DNA of 59,912 nucleotides, the filler included. It is 3 parts of 3 records of this genome, joined end to end, with 100 filler letters (N's around TTAATTAATTAA, not from the genome) between each part and the next. Parts side by side here need not be neighbours in the genome. Positions count along the whole stretch, not along the records: positions 29,592 to 39,671 come from SRR22947725_2452; positions 39,772 to 59,912 come from SRR22947725_2455; 1 more part is not named here. One strand, written 5' to 3'. Made by a program: the position numbers and the translations under genes. The notes under the pieces were generated by a model that made no database searches, was not told the DNA's origin, and saw only the letters and a list, made by a program, of their open reading frames with translations. This document shows, one piece after another, positions 38,470-46,487 of this stretch (within the stretch, counting starts at the first letter, position 1; every line of letters begins with the position of its first letter).

Positions 38470-39671
38470 TTGAGCGTTATTACCAGATTTGCCCCTTCAC
38501 CAACAGGTTTTTTACACATAGGTGGCGCAAGGACAGCTATATTTAATTTCTTGTTTGCAAAAAAACATCAAGGTAAATATTTAGTTAGAATAGAAGATAC
38601 TGACTTTAAAAGATCTACTAATGAAGCAGTTCAAGCAATTCACGATGGTCTTAAGTGGCTAAATATTTTTCCTTCAGAGAAAATCATTTATCAATCACAA
38701 GAAATTAAATCACATGTTAAAATAGCATATAAACTTTTAGAGAAAGGTTTTGCCTATAAATGTTATTTAAGCTCTGAAGAACTTACACTATTAAGGATAA
38801 AAAGCCGGGAAAATGGATTTCCTATAAAGTCACCATGGAGAGAAAATACTAACAATAGCAATGATGAAAACTTTGTTATTAGACTGAAAATGCCCTCTAG
38901 CGGCACAACTACAATACGTGATTTAGTTCAAGGTGAAGTGTCTGTTAATAATGAAATACTTGATGACATGGTTATACTTAGATCTGACAAAAGTCCAACA
39001 TACATGCTTTCATCTGTAGTAGATGATTATAATATGGGAATTACTCATGTTATTAGAGGTGATGATCATTTAAATAATGCTTTTAGACAAATTCAAATTA
39101 TAAAATTTTTGAATTGGCAAGAGCCCTCTTACGCTCATATACCACTTATACATGGAAGCGATGATTTGAAACTATCAAAAAGACATGGTGCTACTAATAT
39201 ATTTGACTATCATAAAATGGGATACACATCTGAAGCTATGTTCTCCTACTTATTACAGTTAGGTTGGACAGCGCAAAACGAAAATGATTTTGATTTAAAA
39301 AAAAATATTAGCGAGTTCTCTATTGAAAAAATTAATAAATCTCCAGCTAGGTTTGATATTCAAAAACTTAATAGTATTAATTCTAAAGTTCTTAGGCAAA
39401 AAAATCTTAACGAAGTTTTAGATTTAATAACGCAACATTTTTCTCTCGAACTTAAAAACATCCAAAAGAAGAGACTAAAAGCTCTATTACCTGAACTGTT
39501 AAAAAGAATTAATACATTCATTGACATTGAGGACGACATAGAATGGATTACTTCTGATGACTTTGTTTGCACTGATATAGATAATCTTTTAATATTGAAA
39601 GATAAGATTTTAAATATAAAAGAAATTAGTATTTTATTAAATAAATGCAAATGGACTAAAGATGATATTGA
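38470..39671 (+). CDS. gltX: Glutamate--tRNA ligase (3' truncated at contig end)
   Basis: RFAPSPTG.LHIGG, RIEDTD, THVIRGDDH and KLSKR motifs; start placed at TTG 38470. Confidence 0.95.
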
Positions 39672-39771
39672 NNNNNNNNNNNNNNNNNNNNNNNNNNNNN
39701 NNNNNNNNNNNNNNNTTAATTAATTAANNNNNNNNNNNNNNNNNNNNNNNNNNNNNNNNNNNNNNNNNNNN
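39672..39771. other. Artificial contig spacer (N44-TTAATTAATTAA-N44)
   Basis: Identical to the first spacer. Confidence 0.98.
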
Positions 39772-39993
39772 TTCAAAAACGACTCTTGCCCCTTTTTCTT
39801 TTGCTAAAATTGCAGTTTGATCGGAACAGTTATTATCTACCACAATAACTTCTCCCGTAAGATTTTTTATTTCAGCAATCGCATTGAAGAGTCTATCTAG
39901 AACTGCACCGATATAATTTTGTTCATTATAGGCGGGAATAATAACTGAGAAATCTACTGTATCATTCGTTTTAGGCTTCATTGCTTCACTCAA
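39772..39993 (-). CDS. Glycosyltransferase family 2 (N-terminal fragment, cut at contig end)
   Basis: SVIIPAYNE and EVIVVDN.CSD.T motifs. Confidence 0.88.
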
Positions 39994-40015
39994 TGAAATC
40001 TATATCAATTTAATA

Positions 40016-40639
40016 CTACTTAGAAAATTTCTTTGCCCGCTTACTTACCCCAAATGACAAACCGGAGAGCCAACCTTCCAACCTTGCCGCTGGTCGTTTC
40101 CCATATTGATCTAGATCGCCACTTGGTTTAATAAGTCTTTTACCAGTAATATCGGATGCGATCTCATTGAGACTGGGTAATTGCTCTCCTGAGTCTTGAA
40201 GAGATTTATGCAAAAATGCAAGACGGTCTAATTCAAGCTGCCTGGATAAGCTAGCCAATGTCTGCCGAAATTGTGCAACATCCCCATCTCCATTTTGGCT
40301 CGAGTTGGGTTTATTATTATTTTCAATGATTGGACTTAGATGGTCTTCAGTACTATCTGCATTTTCTACTTCCTCATCTGGCAAATCTACACTGGCTTCT
40401 TTTTCGACATCTTGACTAGGAGGCTTATCTGCATGGAAGTCTTCATCAAAATCATTGATGCTGAAAGATTCTTCGCTACTATCAACCCCATCGCCTTCTT
40501 GATTTAATTGCGGAGGAATACCAACCTCTACAGAACCTGCTGAAACATCTTCATTTGCATCAGATTGATCGGTAGTATCCGGATCTGCTATAAGATCAGC
40601 AAGCTGTTCGTCAGTAGTATCTTCGGGGGGGGTATCCAC
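40016..40639 (-). CDS. Hypothetical protein: acidic disordered N-terminal two-thirds, helical basic C-terminus
   Basis: 207-aa ORF from GTG, very D/E-rich up to about aa 120, co-oriented with its neighbours. Confidence 0.6.
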   Translation of the reverse strand: MDTPPEDTTDEQLADLIADPDTTDQSDANEDVSAGSVEVGIPPQLNQEGDGVDSSEESFSINDFDEDFHADKPPSQDVEKEASVDLPDEEVENADSTEDHLSPIIENNNKPNSSQNGDGDVAQFRQTLASLSRQLELDRLAFLHKSLQDSGEQLPSLNEIASDITGKRLIKPSGDLDQYGKRPAARLEGWLSGLSFGVSKRAKKFSK

Positions 40640-40729
40640 AAGTAAAGTTAATAAGAAAAGCGAAGGATGGGGTAATTAAAAAAATTTAGCAAGAAATAAT
40701 ATAAACTGGAGATGGAAAGTTTTTTCACA

Positions 40730-41635
40730 CTATTCAAGAGTAATGTTTTGATCAACTTGATTCCTTTCTTCTGTAATTTGACCACTTCTTGTTACTATTA
40801 AAGTCTGCCCTTCCGAAGCAAAAGATGAATCCTTCACTTGTAATTGATCCATAAACTTCAAAAAAGAAAAGTTTTTTTGTACTAATGTCGCCTTTAAGCG
40901 AAAAGATAAATTAGATGTTGCATTTTCATTTCGAGTAATGAACTCCATATTATCGCGAAACCCATCGATATATCCGTTATTAATAAAGATTCCCTTACCA
41001 GACGGAGCACGATTTGCTACTACGATCTCTTTATCAACCGCATAATACAGATGGTGAGGTTTCTTGATTCCTTTCATCAGTCTACTCCGTTCTTCCTCAA
41101 AACTATCTGAAGCTAAATTCCGCTTAACCTCCAGAGAGTTGAACTTATTTTCTATCTGCTCTGCCTCCTGAGCGACCAAAGACAGAGTTTCTTGAAGTTT
41201 TAATTTCTCTTTTTCTATTATTTTCTTCTTCTCCTCAATCGGTTGGATTTGCATCACAATCTTGTCAATTGGTTCGCGAGCAGAAGAAATTTCTTGGTCT
41301 AATTTAGAAAGCTCATCAGATTTTTCCTTAATCTCTTTTTCTATAGTTGCGAGTCGAGGAGTAAATCCATCCACTTCCCCTTGCAAATCTTTGATCTTGG
41401 ATAAGGTTTCTTCTTCTTTATCTCGATAGTCGACACGACTCCTGTACAAGGCAGATAAAGCAAGATTCGATTCGTTTTTATCCAAATCAAGTTGAAGGGT
41501 GAGTTCCGCGTGTTTTTTTTGAACGAGTTCGAGATCCAGAGATAATGAATTCGAAGCATTTGGACCAAGAAGCATGTAAGCAAACAGGCCAAGCACCCCC
41601 AAAAAGGTGAAAACTCTAAAGATATATAAGGTCAA
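40730..41635 (-). CDS. Membrane-anchored coiled-coil protein with C-terminal beta domain
   Basis: N-terminal TM, long E/K/L heptad region, C-terminal IFINNGY.DGF...F beta-rich domain. Confidence 0.7.
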   Translation of the reverse strand: MTLYIFRVFTFLGVLGLFAYMLLGPNASNSLSLDLELVQKKHAELTLQLDLDKNESNLALSALYRSRVDYRDKEEETLSKIKDLQGEVDGFTPRLATIEKEIKEKSDELSKLDQEISSAREPIDKIVMQIQPIEEKKKIIEKEKLKLQETLSLVAQEAEQIENKFNSLEVKRNLASDSFEEERSRLMKGIKKPHHLYYAVDKEIVVANRAPSGKGIFINNGYIDGFRDNMEFITRNENATSNLSFRLKATLVQKNFSFLKFMDQLQVKDSSFASEGQTLIVTRSGQITEERNQVDQNITLE

Positions 41636-42461
41636 GGTTTGTAACTTCCAGTAACTCTTTTGGGTTTCCTAACAATGGAATAATCATGGCAATACAATGA
41701 TCAAATGCGACTTTATTTATCTTAATCTGACAAATCGACTTTCCATTTCCTCGAACGGCAAACCTCATGCTCTGCTCCAGTCCATGATTTTTCCCGATCG
41801 GTAGCATAATCATTCCCGTTTCTAAATCTAAGCTAGAAAACGAGACGCTTACTCGTTCACCTTTTTCCAACCAAGGATGTTCGTAGAAATCTTTCTGTAA
41901 TGCATATACCGTAAATTCAAAGTGCTCTTTTAATAGATCCGTCTCTCTATCATAAGACAAAATCTTTTTTTCTAATTCCATTATTCGATCTTTCTTCTGA
42001 GAAATATCATCTTCTAAAGATACAAGGGAGGATTGTAAATTGGGAACGAGGAGAGTCATCGAGCGTAAAGTACTCCTCGATCGGTCGATTTCCTTATCAA
42101 TCCCTGCTAGACTTATTTTGGCTTTTTGTATCGAGGAAGACAATTCTTCGACCTTCTTGGTTTTTTCCTCTAAAATAATACTCATCTCTCTCTTCTTACG
42201 ACTCAGATCAGTAATCTCTCCGACCGACGATTGTTCATTCACTTCTAATTCTGCATTTTTTCTTTTTTCCCGTGCAAATTTGTCGGACTGCCCTTTTTTT
42301 GCCTCATCTACAGCAAGCGTAATATCTTGGACTTTAGAATTAAAATCAGAAATTTCTTTTTCCAAAAATTCATTCTCTGCCTGCACAGAAAAAATCTGCC
42401 ATAATGCAACCGTACCCATAGCAAGGGTGAGAATATTTAAAATGTATCCTAATTTATACAT
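41616..42461 (-). CDS. Membrane-anchored coiled-coil protein with C-terminal beta domain (probable paralog of 40730..41635)
   Basis: N-terminal TM, coiled coil, then GMIMLPIGKNHGL...F.VR....ICQIKI..V....A.IIP. Confidence 0.7.
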   Translation of the reverse strand: MYKLGYILNILTLAMGTVALWQIFSVQAENEFLEKEISDFNSKVQDITLAVDEAKKGQSDKFAREKRKNAELEVNEQSSVGEITDLSRKKREMSIILEEKTKKVEELSSSIQKAKISLAGIDKEIDRSRSTLRSMTLLVPNLQSSLVSLEDDISQKKDRIMELEKKILSYDRETDLLKEHFEFTVYALQKDFYEHPWLEKGERVSVSFSSLDLETGMIMLPIGKNHGLEQSMRFAVRGNGKSICQIKINKVAFDHCIAMIIPLLGNPKELLEVTNLDLIYL

Positions 42462-42466
42462 TTATA

Positions 42467-43069
42467 TTAAAGAGGCGGCAAAGGAGCAAAGGGAGAGGGT
42501 GGTTCTTGTGTATCCAGATCATTGGGGTCACCTAAACCAGCTTCTGGCAATTGAGGTATACCTTCATTAAAATCTGTATTCATGGGCTCACTTGGCTCCA
42601 TATCAATGCCCTGAGGCAAAAATGGAGCAGGAAGAAATTCATCGCTTTTAGTAGTTTCTATTTCAGAGTCCTCATTTAATGATTCCGTACCTCCCTTCCC
42701 ATCAATTGTTGAGATCTGCGCCAATTCGATCTTTCTTGCTTCGATTAAATTACTGTTTGCCTCCTCCCATCGAAGATCTCGTTCTGCATTAAGTTTAGAT
42801 TTATTTATCTCCAAGAGATTTTCTCCCTTAAATGGTTTCATAACCCAGTAACGATCATGATCAATCCTACCCCACTCATCTCTACCGATGGACCGACCAA
42901 TTTTCTTGTTGTCATATTTTGAAATCATCCTTCTGTTCTCCAAGTCGTAATGATAACGGGCATCCCAAGCCTGATGGACCTTTGGAACTTGATTATCCTT
43001 CAATCCCCCACACCCTAAATTAAAAAATAGGAAAGCTAAGAAAATAATATGTGAAATAAATGGTCTCAA
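42467..43069 (-). CDS. Hypothetical lipoprotein with Pro/Glu-rich tail
   Basis: Lipobox NLGC; ends SPFAPLPPL; 5 nt from the next gene. Confidence 0.6.
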   Translation of the reverse strand: MRPFISHIIFLAFLFFNLGCGGLKDNQVPKVHQAWDARYHYDLENRRMISKYDNKKIGRSIGRDEWGRIDHDRYWVMKPFKGENLLEINKSKLNAERDLRWEEANSNLIEARKIELAQISTIDGKGGTESLNEDSEIETTKSDEFLPAPFLPQGIDMEPSEPMNTDFNEGIPQLPEAGLGDPNDLDTQEPPSPFAPLPPL

Positions 43070-43292
43070 GATTTTATAGTAAGTTAATTCGTTATTCTAA
43101 TGCAAGAACCCTTCGATCTTATTATTAAAATCTTATACTCGAAATTCAATGTCATTTTACAATTGAAAAAAGACTCGCTTTGTTCTGTTCAAAAGAAAAA
43201 ACAGCAGTTCAATTTCTCCTAACATTATCAAATAACGTTAGCCCACAACAAATGTCAATTCCCCCACTTATTAAGCACGGATATTGAATCAA

Positions 43293-43748
43293 TCAATAAT
43301 TCTTCTCTTTTGAATCAAGCCATAAACTTACTGGACCGTCGTCAATTGAAAGAATTTTCATGTCTGCTCCGAATTCTCCGGATGCTACCCTACCATTCAA
43401 TTTTTCTTTTATTATTTGTAAAAACTTACGATATTGACCAACCGCAAACTCTGGAGTTGCCGCATGATTAAAAGAAGGTCGAAACCCTTTTCGAAGGGAT
43501 CCAAAAAGTGTAAATTGGCTAATCACCATTAGTTCGTACCCTTTCTCTACTAATGAATTATTCATTTTTTTCGCATCATCCTCAAAAACTCTCATTCCCA
43601 AAATTTTTTGGCTGATCCATCCCAAATCAGAATCTTCATCGTCCCTGTGAACGGCCAAATAAACTAAGAGTCCTCGATTAATCTCACCAACGGTTTGACT
43701 ATTCACCGATACAGTTGCCGAAAGAACTCGTCGAACTAAAGCTCTCAT
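43293..43748 (-). CDS. dtd: D-aminoacyl-tRNA deacylase
   Basis: SQFTL, G.RPSF, GEFGADM and DGPV (Gly-cisPro) motifs. Confidence 0.95.
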   Translation of the reverse strand: MRALVRRVLSATVSVNSQTVGEINRGLLVYLAVHRDDEDSDLGWISQKILGMRVFEDDAKKMNNSLVEKGYELMVISQFTLFGSLRKGFRPSFNHAATPEFAVGQYRKFLQIIKEKLNGRVASGEFGADMKILSIDDGPVSLWLDSKEKNY

Positions 43749-43817
43749 TACAAAAGAAGAAGGTCTTCAGGTGAGCAAAAACCCTGAAAATCGGTTCTAC
43801 TGTAGCACTATTGGATC

Positions 43818-44786
43818 CTACTCTTCCGCCACTGCATCCATAACCTCAGATGCAGCTTGTGCAGCAAGTGGAGTCGAAAGATAACGCTCCCCACAACTTG
43901 CACCAACCACGACAATATTTTTCCCTGCCATCTCAGGTCGTTTTGCAATTCTGAGTGCTGCTGTTACCGTGGCACCAGTTGAAATTCCACCTAGTACACC
44001 CTCAGTTAAACTTAACTCACGGGCCATCTCAAATGCGTCATCGCTACTTACCAGTTCAACCTCGTCGATAATGTCCAAATTGAGATTATTGGGAACAAAT
44101 CCTGCACCAATGCCTTGGATTTTGTGTGGACCCGGCTTAACTTCCTCCCCATTTCTTGTCTGGGTTATTACAGGACTTTCAATCGGTTCAACTGCAACCG
44201 CAATCATATCGGGGTTGCGCTTCTTGATCACCTCGGACACCCCAGTAATTGTTCCTCCAGTTCCCACTCCAGAAATAAAACAATCAATCTTGCCTTCCAT
44301 CCCTGACCAAATTTCTTCTGCAGTTGTTTTGCGGTGAACTTCGGGGTTCGCAGGATTGTTAAATTGTTGGGGCATAAAACCGTTTTCTCCATGCTCCTCC
44401 ATTAATTGACTCGCCTTTGAAATCGCTCCCCCCATTCCTTTTGGCCCTGGTGTAAGAACAATATCAGCTCCCAACAATCGAAGAAGCAATCTTCTTTCTT
44501 TGGACATAGTCTCGGGCATTGTAAGAATACATTTATATCCCTTCGCCGCGCAAACGAAGGCAAGCGCGATGCCTGTATTTCCAGAAGTGGGTTCAATTAC
44601 TACGCTATCTGGTTTTAATGAGCCGTCTTTTTCAGCAGCCTCAATCATCGCAGCACCGATTCGATCTTTTACGCTTGCGAGCGGATTAAAAAACTCAGAC
44701 TTAAGAAATATGCGAGCGCCACAATCCTTCGTTAATTTAGTAAGTTCCACCAAAGGTGTACGACCGATCGATTCAATAATATTCAT
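43818..44786 (-). CDS. cysK: Cysteine synthase A
   Basis: SVKDR (PLP Lys), TSGNTG, GVGTGGT, HKIQGIG and GERYLST motifs. Confidence 0.96.
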   Translation of the reverse strand: MNIIESIGRTPLVELTKLTKDCGARIFLKSEFFNPLASVKDRIGAAMIEAAEKDGSLKPDSVVIEPTSGNTGIALAFVCAAKGYKCILTMPETMSKERRLLLRLLGADIVLTPGPKGMGGAISKASQLMEEHGENGFMPQQFNNPANPEVHRKTTAEEIWSGMEGKIDCFISGVGTGGTITGVSEVIKKRNPDMIAVAVEPIESPVITQTRNGEEVKPGPHKIQGIGAGFVPNNLNLDIIDEVELVSSDDAFEMARELSLTEGVLGGISTGATVTAALRIAKRPEMAGKNIVVVGASCGERYLSTPLAAQAASEVMDAVAEE

Positions 44787-44820
44787 AATAACTTATTTTG
44801 AGTGAAAAAATGAAAAAGAA

Positions 44821-45099
44821 TTATCTTCTCTTACCTCGTGGACCAAAGCTTCGGATCGGCGCATTACGATTTACCTCCGCATTCTTTAAGCGATACACAA
44901 TTCTTGCCTTTTGCAAATCCTGCGTGCTCATTTCCATCTTAACAATATCGCCCACTGTAATTTTGATAAAATGTTTCCTCAGCTTTCCGGAAATATGAGC
45001 GAGTACTTGATGACCATTTTCAAGTTCTGCTCTAAACATTGTACTTGGTAAAACTGCGGTGATTTTACCCTCGACTTCAACAACTTCTTCTCCAGACAT
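44821..45099 (-). CDS. infA: Translation initiation factor IF-1 with basic C-terminal extension
   Basis: [16 protein letters not shown]...I.I..GD.V..E.S..DL..ARI.YR pattern. Confidence 0.95.
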   Translation of the reverse strand: MSGEEVVEVEGKITAVLPSTMFRAELENGHQVLAHISGKLRKHFIKITVGDIVKMEMSTQDLQKARIVYRLKNAEVNRNAPIRSFGPRGKRR

Positions 45100-45204
45100 A
45101 AATTTAATATAAAAGCTTCATAACACCATCTTTTAGGATTTCGTCAAGTTCGACCTTCTATTATAATTTAGATTAATTGCCGTAGTAAATTGTAAATCCC
45201 CCTA

Positions 45205-45717
45205 ATGCCAACCAAACAAAATTGTCCATTCACCAAGCTTTTCCCGAGTCAGTTAGAGAGAAACGCATCGTTTTATATGCAGCATGCCTACAACCAATCG
45301 ATTAATGGGTGGAATGCAGATGAGGTTCCTATCGGTGCTGTTATAGTCTTCAAGGATGAAATTATTGCTTCTGCTTACAATCAAACTCGGCAACAAAAAG
45401 ATCCGAGTGCCCATGCTGAAATGATTGCCATTACCCAGGCAGCAAAGTTCGTAGGCGATTGGCGGTTAAATGAATGTCAGTTATTTGTCACTAAAGAACC
45501 GTGTCCCATGTGTGCAGGTGCAACAATAATATCTCGCATGGGGGAAGTCCATTACGCATTTACAGATCCCAAAATGGGTGGCTTGGGCGGATCGACATCT
45601 TTGCATGAACTTCCACATTCAAATCATAAACCAAAGGTTTTCAAGGGAACTTTAGAGTTAGAATGTAAAAGCCTTATTCAGAAATTTTTCCAATTAAAAC
45701 GACTAGTTAACACTTAA
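45205..45717 (+). CDS. tadA: tRNA adenosine deaminase TadA
   Basis: EVPIGAV, DPSAHAE, WRL and EPCPMCAGA motifs. Confidence 0.9.
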   Translation: MPTKQNCPFTKLFPSQLERNASFYMQHAYNQSINGWNADEVPIGAVIVFKDEIIASAYNQTRQQKDPSAHAEMIAITQAAKFVGDWRLNECQLFVTKEPCPMCAGATIISRMGEVHYAFTDPKMGGLGGSTSLHELPHSNHKPKVFKGTLELECKSLIQKFFQLKRLVNT

Positions 45718-45808
45718 AAATCATTGCTTCCGCAAAATTATTTATTAATATTGGATTTTAATAAATTTATTAATTTCAAATAACTTTAATCCATAAATTA
45801 AAACCATT

Positions 45809-46429
45809 ATGACTTTTACATTACCAAACCTCCATTTTGCGACTGATGCACTCGAACCCCACATCGATGCAAGGACAATGGAAATTCATCACGGGAAGCA
45901 TCACCAGACCTACATTAATAATTTAAATGCTGCCCTCGAAGGCCATGATGATCTCTCAAAAATGGAAATTAATAATCTAATTTCAGATATTTCTTCCCTA
46001 CCCGAGTCGATTCGTGGTGCAGTTAGAAACAATGGCGGTGGACATGCTAATCATTCTTTTTTTTGGGAAAGTCTATCTCCGGAAGGCGGAGGCTTACCAG
46101 ATGGTGCATTGAATGAAGCTATCTCAGCAACTTTTGGTAATCTTGATGCATTGAAAGATACCTTTTTAAAAGCTTCGCTGACTCGATTTGGATCTGGTTG
46201 GGCTTGGCTTATCCAGCAATCAGACGGAACTTTAACAATTACATCTACTCCCAATCAAGATTCCCCACTAATGGAAGGAATCGCTGACGATATAGGTACT
46301 CCGCTAATTGGACTCGATGTATGGGAGCACGCCTATTACTTGAATTATCAGAATCGACGACCTGATTATGTTGCTGCATTTTGGAATGTGCTTGATTGGA
46401 ATCAAGTTTCATCAAGATTTCAATCATAG
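45809..46429 (+). CDS. sodA: Superoxide dismutase, Mn-type signature
   Basis: HHGKHH, NNGGGH.NH, FGSGWAW, NQD and [10 protein letters not shown] and QD residues indicate the Mn type. Confidence 0.92.
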   Translation: MTFTLPNLHFATDALEPHIDARTMEIHHGKHHQTYINNLNAALEGHDDLSKMEINNLISDISSLPESIRGAVRNNGGGHANHSFFWESLSPEGGGLPDGALNEAISATFGNLDALKDTFLKASLTRFGSGWAWLIQQSDGTLTITSTPNQDSPLMEGIADDIGTPLIGLDVWEHAYYLNYQNRRPDYVAAFWNVLDWNQVSSRFQS

Positions 46430-46487
46430 CCCCACTTGGTAAAGAGGGAATCTTAGTTCCTTCTCCGCTTTAGTAGTTCGTTGTCAT

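Noticed and set aside
40625-40632. G8 tract just after a start codon (also G7 at 48827-48833 and 59038-59044) as phase-variation switches
   Set aside because: The tracts are short, the frames are intact, and they are explained by Pro/Gly codons; read-level length variation would be needed.
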